DNA of 64,000 nt from contig OY969474.1 of NCBI GenBank assembly GCA_963700145.1, positions 4,512,001 to 4,576,000 of the forward strand, written 5' to 3'. The notes under the pieces are model-generated. The model saw only the letters and a list, made by a program, of their open reading frames with translations, was not told the DNA's origin and searched no databases. Both the position numbers and the translations under genes were made by a program. Position 1 is the stretch's first letter; the number at the start of each line of letters is the position of its first letter. Positions 19,892 to 29,300 of this stretch are shown here, one piece after another. The DNA comes from an uncultured Acidobacteriota bacterium (lineage in GTDB: Bacteria > Acidobacteriota > Thermoanaerobaculia > Multivoradales > UBA5704).

Positions 19892-20547
19892 CCGCCGCAA
19901 CTCGGAAGGAGGAACGAATGCTGGAGCAACTCGGACTCTTCAGCTCGGCGTCGCCGGCTGGCGATCCTTGCCTCACCAAGGAACGCGCCGCGACCGACGA
20001 CGCCTGGCCACATCGAACCTGGAGGTTCGGTCCGGGGCACTCGATCGAGTACCGCAACCCCGAGCCGGCGTCGCCTGCGCCGCCCGCCGTGTTGGGCGGC
20101 GAATGGGCATGGAACCCGCTGGTTCCGGGCTGGCAGATCGACTACCCTGTTCCGCCGTTCTCCCTCGATCCGCGCGGCGAGGGCGCCGACCGACATGGCC
20201 CGAAGCTGCTCCCGCCGCCGGGCTTCCTCGAGATCGACCGGAGACGCCTGGCGGGCCGCTGTCCACACTGCGGCGAGCGGAGCGGCGGGCGCTGGGGCGG
20301 CCCCGGCTGGTGCGGTTGGAGCGACTCCCGGGTTGGGGCTGCCTTCGAGGCGGAGGAGGCGGCCGGGCGTCGTTGCTACGGGCTCACCGTGGTCGACGTG
20401 GAGGGACTCGGTCCCGTCAATCCGTTGTCTCACTACACGCGGTGGGGCGCCGGATTCTGTGCCTCCTGCGGCGCCGTCTCCTGGAACGACTTCCGAGATC
20501 CTGCCAGCGCCTACTACCGGCCGCCCGCGAAGGCGGTCGGCCCCTGA
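19888..20547 (+). CDS. Hypothetical protein with two CxxC motifs
   Basis: ATGA overlap with the upstream gene; CPHC and CASC motifs. Confidence 0.6.
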   Translation: MTAATRKEERMLEQLGLFSSASPAGDPCLTKERAATDDAWPHRTWRFGPGHSIEYRNPEPASPAPPAVLGGEWAWNPLVPGWQIDYPVPPFSLDPRGEGADRHGPKLLPPPGFLEIDRRRLAGRCPHCGERSGGRWGGPGWCGWSDSRVGAAFEAEEAAGRRCYGLTVVDVEGLGPVNPLSHYTRWGAGFCASCGAVSWNDFRDPASAYYRPPAKAVGP

Positions 20548-20631
20548 ATCCCCGCGGGTTCTACTCCCCGGTGCTGGAGGCGCTCGAGTCAGGTCCCCGA
20601 GGCAAAGGCCGCACGTCGTCTAGCGGGAAAC

Positions 20632-20677
20632 GGCAGGCGCGCTCTCACCCTCGACCTTCACGCGGTCACCCTTGCCG
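20632..20677 (-). pseudogene. Inverted remnant of an ssb paralogue (middle part)
   Basis: Reverse complement ggcaagggtgaccgcgtgaaggtcgagggt matches ssb 21488-21517 at 28/30; gagcgcgcctgcc then resembles ssb gagcgcacctacc. Confidence 0.7.
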
Positions 20678-20938
20678 GGCGTTCGAGGAGGAGGCGGTGT
20701 CCAAGCGGCGCAGCGAAATCGGTGACTGCCCTCGGCATCGAGCTGACGGCTGAAGGCAGGACCTCGCGTTCGGGGGAGCGCCGGACCAGAGACTCGCGCT
20801 GAGATCGGCCACTGCTCCCTGACCTGCTTGCCGGGAGGCGAGCCTGCTACCGAGGCCCGGGCAGGCGAGCGTCGCGCCAGCCAAAAGGCCGCTGTCACGC
20901 CTCTCGCCCCACGCTCCAGGGTGCCCCCACCCGGGCTG

Positions 20939-20975
20939 CGCGCGAGCCCCTCGTCTCCTCCGGGGCGTCGTGCTC
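20939..20975 (+). repeat. 37-nt direct repeat, copy 2, inside a hairpin closed by cgctccagggtg/caccctggagcg
   Basis: Matches 15197-15233 with 1 mismatch; flanked by a perfect 12-bp inverted repeat. Confidence 0.85.
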
Positions 20976-21055
20976 GCCCAGCCACCCACCCTGGAGCGGC
21001 CCGTGCCTCTTCGTCCTCGAGCCCCACCGACGTCAAGAGTGCGAGGCGCGGTCCC

Positions 21056-21240
21056 GTCATCTGTCTCCTTCGGTCGAGGTCCCCGCCCAACGTCCCGTAA
21101 ACCGTGCCCGCGGTGCGCCCGGCCGCAAGGCCAAGCCTGCGGAGCGCTGCGCGCTGCCTTGTCGGCCGGGCTTCGTTCACCCCGGGCTCCCACCGGTCCG
21201 TGTTGGACGGAAACCACAACCAAAGGAGAAAGCAGATGAC
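21056..21240 (+). promoter_or_regulatory. Long branched hairpin, putative ssDNA (Frpo-like) promoter; outer stem includes the ssb RBS and ATG
   Basis: gcccggccgcaaggc (21117-21131) / gccttgtcggccgggc (21156-21171) with two internal hairpins; gtcatctg-tctccttcggt pairs with accaaaggaga..cagatgac. Confidence 0.65.
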
Positions 21241-21628
21241 CAGCCAGACCGCAATCACCCTCTACGGCAACGTCGGCGGAGACCCGGAGACCCGCACCAT
21301 CCCCGGCAAGCAGGTCACGAAGCAGTTCTACGACCCGATCATCGACGACATGGTCGAGCGCGAGTTCACCACCCCCGAACGCGAGGTCCGGACCTTCTCG
21401 ATCGCCGTCAGCAAGAAGGACACCGAGGGCAACGACGTCACCCGCTGGATCCGCTGCGACGACTGGAACCGCCTCTCCCGCCTGGTCGGCAAGGGCGACC
21501 GCGTGAAGGTCAAGGGTCACTTCCGCGAGCGCACCTACCAGAAGGACGGCGAGACGAAGACCGTGCGCGACTTCGTCGTCGAGGACCTCAAGATCGAGCG
21601 CCACAAGATCCGGCACCGGGCGGAGTAG
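21236..21628 (+). CDS. ssb: Single-stranded DNA-binding protein
   Basis: ITLYGNVGGDPE, FSIAV, TRWIRC..W and KGDRVKVKG..RTY OB-fold pattern; AAGGAG RBS; no acidic C-terminal tail. Confidence 0.85.
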   Translation: MTSQTAITLYGNVGGDPETRTIPGKQVTKQFYDPIIDDMVEREFTTPEREVRTFSIAVSKKDTEGNDVTRWIRCDDWNRLSRLVGKGDRVKVKGHFRERTYQKDGETKTVRDFVVEDLKIERHKIRHRAE

Positions 21629-21639
21629 CCGCTGGTCAG

Positions 21640-21663
21640 GGGCCGCCCCACCGGGGGCGGCCC
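21640..21663 (+). terminator. GC-rich stem-loop downstream of ssb (no U-tract)
   Basis: gggccgcccc-accg-ggggcggccc, a perfect 10-bp stem 11 nt after the stop codon. Confidence 0.5.
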
Positions 21664-21917
21664 TCCCGCTCCTGGCCCCGCCGAAGCTCCTGGCGAGAGG
21701 GCAGTCGCTCATCGGACGTTCCTCCAGGCCTTGGTCGACCCGCCGGGCAACAAGCCGATGGAATGGCGAGGATTCGCCGATCACCAGCCGAGCCAGCGTT
21801 CAGCCCTCCTGGCGTGCCGGCCTGGCTCGGACCTCGAGTCGGCGCATAGCCGAATCACCGCAGGGTCCCACGCGCTCCTCAGAGACCCTCTGCCGCAGGA
21901 AGCGCGCGAGGCCTCTT

Positions 21918-22008
21918 CCAGAAGAACGGCGAGACCAAGACCGTGCGCGACTTCGTCATCCAGGACCTGGCGTTCGAGCGCCAGAAGATCCGGGAGCACG
22001 CCAGGTAG
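21918..22008 (+). pseudogene. 3' remnant of an ssb paralogue
   Basis: Gap-free 91-nt alignment to ssb 21538-21628; translates QKNGETKTVRDFVIQDLAFERQKIREHAR* versus QKDGETKTVRDFVVEDLKIERHKIRHRAE*. Confidence 0.8.
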
Positions 22009-22138
22009 CGACGACGGTGCTGCAAGGGTCGCCCCCTTGTGGGGTGGCTATTCACGCCACTGCCATCGTTCCATCGAACGTCTTGAAGTCCCAATTCGTC
22101 GCCGCAACTATTCGACCAAAGCGCGCCGGGCGCCCTTG

Positions 22139-24187
22139 CTACGTAGGTGAGTCTGGCGTCCCCGAAACAACTTCGAGGACTTGCCATCCGCGCTGACTCA
22201 CCCTCTGAACGTGCTGGTCGAAAGTCTGACCTTCACCAAAGGCAGACCGTCTCACTGCAATGCATAGCAAGTGACTAGGCCGAGTCATCGCCACGTAGGT
22301 CTGCAGGAGACGCTTCCGATCCTGCTGTCCAGCGCTGCTCCGATTGACCTTCTCCCCCTGAAGCCAAGGCGCCATTTGACGAGACGAGTGAGCATGCCAA
22401 TAGGTATTCAGCAGTAGCGTTGCCAGGTGGGTTTGGCCCTTCACGGAATGGATCGACCCGAGGCGGATATCCACGTGCCGTTCGCCAACGCGAACTCGAT
22501 AGCAGTTTGGCGCAGCGTTGGCTCGCGGTTGGCGGGTGGACGTCGGCGGAGAAGGACTACCTACAACGTAGTCCAGGAAAGCATCTGCCGCGCCTCGATC
22601 GACGGTGCCCTCGCAGAGCGCCCCGGCGACGGCTAGGCTGTCCACCCGCATAGTGCTCCACTCTTCCTCGGTTAATGGTGCCGACTCCACCAGAAGCCTC
22701 TTGATGAGCCGGCGATACGTAGCTAGTGCGGTCTGATCTGGCTGCAACGCATGAACGAGAATCGTATGGGTTCGGCTTCTCCCTTTGAGGCGACCGGCGT
22801 TTCCGATGCGGCAGGCGAGGCGAAGGAGTCCGAGGCTGATCCGCTCGACACCCGGGGAGAGGTCGCCTCGATCCCGAGCCGCAAGCTGCGCGGCGCGAGC
22901 GTACTGGATCAGTGTTCGGGGGTGTGGATCCTTCCGGGAGATCTCGGCGGCGTACCCGATCCAGTAGTGTGACACTGACTTTGGATAGTGAGCATGCCCA
23001 GGCTGGATGGAGGGCTCATCTCGATGGACCGCGCCAACGGCCACCACGTCGGCCTTTCTCAACGTCGGGTCGTCGAAGCTCTCTAGCACGAGCCTCCCGT
23101 AGGCATCCAAGATGCCCGCCGTAGAATCATCTGCAAAGACGAAGACGGTGTGGGGGCACTTCGCCGATGTGCCGGGAGTTGCCTTCGGGCCGTGACCGCA
23201 CAGGCCTTGTGTTCCGACAGCAGTTACTGCGAAAGGTGAGGCGAGGGCAGCAATCTCAGGTCCAAAGCGGTAGCTGTTTGGGATGCTGAGGTGCGGAGTC
23301 GGGCTCGGCGCTGGAAACTCGGCGGGCGAGTCGTCTCGCTCGAGCTCGTGGAAGATGGCTTGATTAGGGTCTCCTACGCGTTGCACAACGGTCTCTGCCG
23401 AGTCTCGTGGAAAAAACTTGTTTAGGAGCTCGCTCTGAACGGCTGTCGTGTCCTGCATCTCGTCGACCAGCACGAGAGGGAAGCGCCGCCGAAGCCATTG
23501 AACCACATTTGGCGAGTCCGCCAAGAGTGCGCGCGCCCAGACAAACATTTCATCGTGGCAGAAGTAGCCGGCTTGCGCGCTACCTGTGACCGCCTTCCTG
23601 GCGGCGTTGAAGGTGCTGGTGTTCGCTCCGGCTGGGAAAGGCTTACCACCGAGATCGAAGGCTAGGTCGCGCGCGCAGATGCGAATCTGCTCGAAGCGGC
23701 TATGTTTCTGCTCCAAGAAGTAGGACAGTGCCACATGCTCCTTGTAGGAGAGAATTGAGCGACGATGTGCAGTGGCGACCTCGTCGTCGATCGTGGGCGA
23801 AGGGTAGCCGTTACTCCTCAGCCAGGGCAGGGCAGCAAACCGATTCACAAAGCCGTGAATAGTGTCGATAAAGTGGGGATAGTTCAGAAGGCGATGCCCG
23901 ACGACGGTTGATCCCAGCCGACGTTGCACTTCTTCGCGTGCCACGTTGGTGTGGGACAGGACGCAAATACCCTTCGTGCGGTGCGGCCAGTTGCGGGCCA
24001 GCATGGCGAGCTTCGCCACGATTAGCGTGGTCTTGCCGCTGCCAGGGCACGCCGATACGTCGAGCGTGTGTCTCGCGGTTAAGAATGCCAGCCGTGGAGC
24101 GTCGAGCGCATCCAGCCGCATGAGTACGCTTACCCAATTGATGTCATCGTCACTGATCTCTGGAAGGAGGGGCGGCGCGGCTGGCAT
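22139..24187 (-). CDS. gajB: UvrD-like helicase, Gabija GajB-like
   Basis: ACPGSGKTT, VDEMQDT, VGDPNQAIF, NSYRFG, SIHSVKGQT and YVAMTRP; 6 nt downstream of an OLD nuclease. Confidence 0.85.
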   Translation of the reverse strand: MPAAPPLLPEISDDDINWVSVLMRLDALDAPRLAFLTARHTLDVSACPGSGKTTLIVAKLAMLARNWPHRTKGICVLSHTNVAREEVQRRLGSTVVGHRLLNYPHFIDTIHGFVNRFAALPWLRSNGYPSPTIDDEVATAHRRSILSYKEHVALSYFLEQKHSRFEQIRICARDLAFDLGGKPFPAGANTSTFNAARKAVTGSAQAGYFCHDEMFVWARALLADSPNVVQWLRRRFPLVLVDEMQDTTAVQSELLNKFFPRDSAETVVQRVGDPNQAIFHELERDDSPAEFPAPSPTPHLSIPNSYRFGPEIAALASPFAVTAVGTQGLCGHGPKATPGTSAKCPHTVFVFADDSTAGILDAYGRLVLESFDDPTLRKADVVAVGAVHRDEPSIQPGHAHYPKSVSHYWIGYAAEISRKDPHPRTLIQYARAAQLAARDRGDLSPGVERISLGLLRLACRIGNAGRLKGRSRTHTILVHALQPDQTALATYRRLIKRLLVESAPLTEEEWSTMRVDSLAVAGALCEGTVDRGAADAFLDYVVGSPSPPTSTRQPRANAAPNCYRVRVGERHVDIRLGSIHSVKGQTHLATLLLNTYWHAHSSRQMAPWLQGEKVNRSSAGQQDRKRLLQTYVAMTRPSHLLCIAVRRSAFGEGQTFDQHVQRVSQRGWQVLEVVSGTPDSPT

Positions 24188-24193
24188 CGACGT

Positions 24194-26215
24194 CTACTCT
24201 GCAGGGTTTGGCGAGAGATGCTCTCGGGTGGGGTCGACTACGTGCGTAATCGCATCAACGATGTATCGGGGAAGGTTGGCGGTAAAGGATGCTCTGTCGA
24301 AGGTTAGCTTGTCGTGCGCTGCGAGGAGCAATTCAGCCAGATACTGAGCTCCCACAGCCTTCGAAGCATGGCCTGAGTGGAACGGCTGGTAGATCCTTGT
24401 GCATAGCACAGCGAGGTCGCCCTGCGCGGCAGCTAATAGCTCAGCATAGTCGGCTCTGGCAAGAGACTCGATTTCCGCCCGCTCCTCCTTTCCGGCCTTC
24501 CCCGTCCCGTCGTGCTTCGCCAGCCATGCGGCGAGGTGGACATCCTCTGGCATGCCGCAATATGCGAGGTCGTACTCGAGCGTCCAGTGGTCAGCGACGA
24601 ACGTTCTTACGGACTGTCCATCGTCGGCCGCGAGACGCTCGCGCCTAGTAGCGAGGAGTTGGTCTTGGTTCAGGTCACCGGCAATGAAGTCACGACGGGC
24701 CTTCCAGCGGCGACGCGGGCTTGTCCATCTCGGGTCGTCATTGTTCTCCACCAGTCCGAGAATCACGGGTGCGCAGTCCGGCATCACGTCCATGTCGGCG
24801 ATACATGCGATCGGGACGGAGAGGGGAGTTGCGGCTGAGTCGGATCGTTGGAAGATTCTGCTGAAGCGCCTCAGTCCGGTGCTGCCGACGTTTACGACGG
24901 AGACACCATGCTCAGTGAGGTCGTGACCCATGAGCTTCGCAATGACCGGCAGGAGAATCGCCTCCGCATCACCTTCAACGACTATGACGGCGTGGGCGAA
25001 GAAGAGATTGGCCTTGGTGACATCGAGAAACCGCTCTAGAAATCTGTAGTCGCTTGGGTCGAGTCTTGTATAGCCATCAGCCAAGGGAAAGGCTCGGCCA
25101 CCATCCAGCAAGAGCAGGCTCTCTAGCGGAATCCTTGAGGCGAGGTTGGGGCTGTGGGTGGTGAGTATTACCTGGACAGGACGGCGCGAGTCTTCTGTCT
25201 TGGCGGATGCGGCGCGCATCAGAAATTCCACCAGCCTGAGTTGCCGCTGAGGATGGAGGTGTGCCTCTGGCTCTTCGACAAGGAGTAGCGGCAGTCCCTC
25301 TGGCTCATAGCCAAGGAGGAGCAACTCACAGGCCATGTATAGCAAGTTGTTTGAGCCGAGGCCAAAACGGCCCCTGGCTGTTCCGGACGAGGATTCGAGC
25401 AAGGCGAGCTCTAGGCGCTCCAACATCTGCCGAAGCCGAGCCTTCTCTGTTCCCCCTTCCGTGATGTCGATTCGCCCGAGGAGTCGATCGCCACTGAGGG
25501 ACAGTGAGGAGAGGTACTGGTCATTGATCGCCTGTTCGGCGCCGCTAACGCCCTTGTGCTGCCTGACGCTGTAACGGAGATAGTCCGTGAGCCCCACGAT
25601 CCCCAGAGAGGCCACCGCGGCGGCGTCCTCTGGCAGAACGCTGGCATCGAACGAGTTGCCATCCTTGATCGCGGGGACATTTGCGAGAATCTGCGAGAGG
25701 CGAGAGCCGCGCCCGGCGGACATCTCGCGTTCAGCATCGCGCAGTGGCCTCAGGTAGGCGGTGCTCAAGAGCTCACGCACCGAGGACTCGAGGGTCGGGC
25801 CCGAGCCGTCCAATCCAGAGCGTACGGTTACGTCGACCCATCGTCGAGCGCTAGGCGATTCGCTGAGCCTCGCGGCTGTCCAGTTGATAATGAGGCTGAC
25901 GTCTTGGCCCTCGTACGACAAGTACTCGACGAATGCGCCCTTCTCGTCGTCATTGAGCTCAGTCAATTTGCAGCAGATCGCGATGTCGGTGGCCTGCCGC
26001 CCTTCTTTGTCGAGGTGGAAGTCCGCCGGCTGGACACGGAAGTACTCTTGGTCGCGCGTGAGTAGCGCATACCTGATGGCATCGATGATCGTCGATTTGC
26101 CGCTGTCATTGCGCCCTACCAACGCGGTTAGCCCACTGCTAATGGATAGGTGTAGAGCGGAATTGCCATCACCGAATTGGCGAAAATTGCGAACGGTAAG
26201 TCTAGAGAGACGCAC
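24194..26215 (-). CDS. gajA: OLD family ATP-dependent endonuclease (ABC ATPase + TOPRIM), Gabija GajA-like
   Basis: LVGRNDSGKST, VEEPEAHLHPQRQ, TTHSP, TOPRIM VIVVEGDAE and IADMD; GTG start with GAGGAG RBS. Confidence 0.88.
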   Translation of the reverse strand: MRLSRLTVRNFRQFGDGNSALHLSISSGLTALVGRNDSGKSTIIDAIRYALLTRDQEYFRVQPADFHLDKEGRQATDIAICCKLTELNDDEKGAFVEYLSYEGQDVSLIINWTAARLSESPSARRWVDVTVRSGLDGSGPTLESSVRELLSTAYLRPLRDAEREMSAGRGSRLSQILANVPAIKDGNSFDASVLPEDAAAVASLGIVGLTDYLRYSVRQHKGVSGAEQAINDQYLSSLSLSGDRLLGRIDITEGGTEKARLRQMLERLELALLESSSGTARGRFGLGSNNLLYMACELLLLGYEPEGLPLLLVEEPEAHLHPQRQLRLVEFLMRAASAKTEDSRRPVQVILTTHSPNLASRIPLESLLLLDGGRAFPLADGYTRLDPSDYRFLERFLDVTKANLFFAHAVIVVEGDAEAILLPVIAKLMGHDLTEHGVSVVNVGSTGLRRFSRIFQRSDSAATPLSVPIACIADMDVMPDCAPVILGLVENNDDPRWTSPRRRWKARRDFIAGDLNQDQLLATRRERLAADDGQSVRTFVADHWTLEYDLAYCGMPEDVHLAAWLAKHDGTGKAGKEERAEIESLARADYAELLAAAQGDLAVLCTRIYQPFHSGHASKAVGAQYLAELLLAAHDKLTFDRASFTANLPRYIVDAITHVVDPTREHLSPNPAE

Positions 26216-26303
26216 GGGCCCTCCTCAGAGGCGTCGCGCTTGCGCGCCAAGCAGTCCTACTTGATGCACGTCAACCGCCTCCGTGGAGTTGCATGGCTAG
26301 CCC

Positions 26304-29300
26304 TCAGCCCGCGCGTCGAATCTTCTCCGTGAGATCGATCCGCCTGATGCTTGCAGATTGACCAGCAGGATTCATGTAGTCATCTTGGCGGCATGTCAGC
26401 ACGACCACCTGCACGAGCGCGGCGGCTTGGTGCAGGGCCGCGCGGAACCACTCCAGCCGAGTCTGGTCGCTCTGAACGAGCTGATCGTCGAGGATGATCG
26501 CGCTCCCGATGCGTTCAGCGATCGCGAGGCGCAGGAGCGTTGCCAGCTGGTCCCGGGTACCGACGGACAGAACGTCCACCGCCCGTTGGCCACCGCCGGC
26601 CGCGATGTTCTGCACACGGAGATGCGGGCTCATGTCGAGGTCGCCGTAGCGGCCTTGGGTGAGCTCGCCGAACCGTCGGGCAACCTCACCCCCGAGCGCT
26701 CTGCCGAGATGCTGCGCGCCCGAGGCTTCGCAATCCTTCAGCGTGTCGCGAAGAAGCTTCCAGCCCTCGGCATCCAGCTCCAACGTGTGCTGCCGGTCGG
26801 CCGCCTCGTCGAGCGCGGCTTGGAGCGGTGCCTGCCGGTCGCGCGCGACCTTGCCGCCGACCCGCAGCAGCTCGCCTTCCACCTGATGCAGCTCGCCCTT
26901 CTTCTCCGTCAGCTCCGCTTCGAGGGTGGAGGCCGCCTTCTCGGCTGCTTGGACGTCAGCTTCGGTTGTGGGGGGATCCGGAGCGTCCAATGCAGCAAGG
27001 GTCGCCTGCTGCACGCGTACTTCCTCTTCGGCCTGGCGTAGAGGCAGGGACTCCGCGTGCTTCTTCTGCGCTTCCAGCTCTCCGCGCGCCTGGTCACGCT
27101 TGGAGCGCCCCTCGGTCGCGGCGGTGTCAGCTGTCTTGGTCGCGTCGACTGCGGTGGATAGTGCCTGCTCGGCGGCGTCCATCCTCGACTTCGCCGCGCT
27201 GACCGCGTTGCTCCCCGCGCCCTGCAGCGCGAGCAGCTCCGCCTTGATGCCGCCCGCCTCGACGTCGAGTGCAGCGATGTCGGTGGTGACGGTTCTCAGG
27301 AGCGCCTCCGGGTCGCCTGCCAGCGCGGCGCGCGCCCGTTCGGACTCCTCGCGAGCCGCCGCGAGCGACGCTGTGATTTGCGTGATCTGACCGCCAAGGC
27401 CGGCGAGCTCCGCAGACGCCGCGTCGCGGTCCGCTCTCGCTTTGATCTCGGCGCGATCCAGGTCCTTGGCTGCGTTCTCCGTCTGGCTCTCCCAGCCGGG
27501 GCCGACCGTCTTCACGATGGTGGCAAGCGCCTGGCGATCGCGCCCCTCCAGCGCTGCCTCGAGCTCGCGGACACGGCTCTCGTGTCTCGGGACCTCGGCG
27601 GATCGTGATTCGAGCGCCGAAGCCTTCTCGAGGTCGTGGCGCGCGTCCTTGTCGAGCTGCTCGGCCTGCCGCAAGGTGCCATCGGCATGTGCGCGCGCCT
27701 CCGAAAGCGCAGCAACGGAATCGAGGCCGGCCAGGATCAAGACGGGCTGGGCCTCTGCGTTCCACCGCTGCCGCAGCGCCTCGGCCCGCCTGCGATTGCC
27801 GGCATCTCCCGCGACGACGCGGACCTCCGCCACATCCTCGATCGAGAGCTCGATCGCCCGGTTTGCGTCGACGGTGAGGTCGGCGCCGGCGCGGCTCGGC
27901 TCCCCGCCGTCAACGCGGACCTCCACCTCGATACCGCTCTTCCTGAGGGAGATGGTCGCCGACAGGCCCCCTCCGAGGGCGGCCTCCGCTCGTTCCAGCT
28001 CGCCATGGAGCTCGTGGAGCGCCTTGATGGTCCCCGCCTCGGGAAGGGAACGCGCAGCGACCGCCGACCGGAGCTGGGCGGCCTCCTGACTAGCGCCCTG
28101 CGCCTTGGCCTGTAGCTCCGCGGCTTGCTGGCGGGCCTGGAGGAGCGTGCTCAGCGCCTCGGCGGCCTCGCTCCAGCGCCCGTACGCCAGCAGGCCTTGG
28201 AGCTGCTCCCGCTGGGCTCGGGCCTCTGCGAGGGCTTGGTCCGCCTTGCTGAGCCGCGCACGAGCAGCGACCGCCTTGCCTTCGATCTCCGCGTTCTGCG
28301 CTTCCAGCTTCGTCACGCCCGCGGCGCAGCCGCGAGCGTGTTCGGCGGCCTTCTGGCGAGCTACGATGCCGCCGCGCCGGACTTCGGTCGCGGCGAGCGC
28401 TTGCTCGAGCTTGGCTACCTTGAGCGCGCGCTTGCTCGCGGCCTTCTCGCTGGTCGCCTCGGCGTGGGCCTCCCTCGCCGCGGCAAACGCTGCACGCGCG
28501 GCGTCCTCGGCGGCGCGCGCTTCGGTGAGCGAAGCCTCCTGTGCGGCCGTCGCGGCAACCAGCGCGCCCAACTCCTGTTCCTTCGCCCCAACGCGAGCGC
28601 GCTCCTCCTCGATGCGCCGGAGCGCCTCCCTTGCCTGGTCGAGCCCGTGCAGCGCTGCAGCCAACCGACGGACTCTCGTCAGCCGTTCATCTGCTTCGTG
28701 GCGCCGCTCCGCTAGGTTCCCTACGCTGTCGCGCAGGGCCCTCAACCGGCTCTCGACCTCCTCGGTTGACCGCAGCTGCTCGCTGAGGGCATCGAGGTCG
28801 TCGCGCAGTCTCGTCACCTGCTCGGCGGCCTGGGTCATGGGCGAGCTCTTGCCGCGCTTTAGCTTCCCCGTCGGGCTGAAGTGCTGGTCGCACTCTGCCT
28901 CTGCCTGGTCGAGGAGTCTCTTGAACCGCGGGTCGCGGGCCAGGCCCTGCAGGGCTCGCGTGAGACGCAGCCGCCCAGACTCGCCTGGATCCGGGTCCAT
29001 CTCCAGGCTCTCCTCGAGGATCGCGGCGACGTCGGTCTGCTCCGCGAGGAGGACGTGGGAGAGGAAGGTCTGGGGCAGGCCGCGCGGAGCTCCTGCGCGC
29101 GCGCCCGCGAGTGGGGCTCCCCACTCCAGCATCTTGCGCAGGCGCTCGTCGACCTCGCGGCCCTTCGTCTCGTTCAGGAAGTCGCGCCCGTCCTTGGACG
29201 ACTCCAGGAAGGACGAGCCGCCGCGGCTGCCCCCGAACGACTTGGTGACCCTCCAGAGGCGGTCGTCGGCGTCGGCGAAGGTGAGCTTCACCTCCGGCGA

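Noticed and set aside
19098-20753. 551-aa ORF overlapping the helicase and CxxC genes
   Set aside because: It is an Arg/Ser/Pro-rich off-frame product. Only the short stretch NPRGFYSPVLEALES near 20548-20600 looks coding, which is too little to call.
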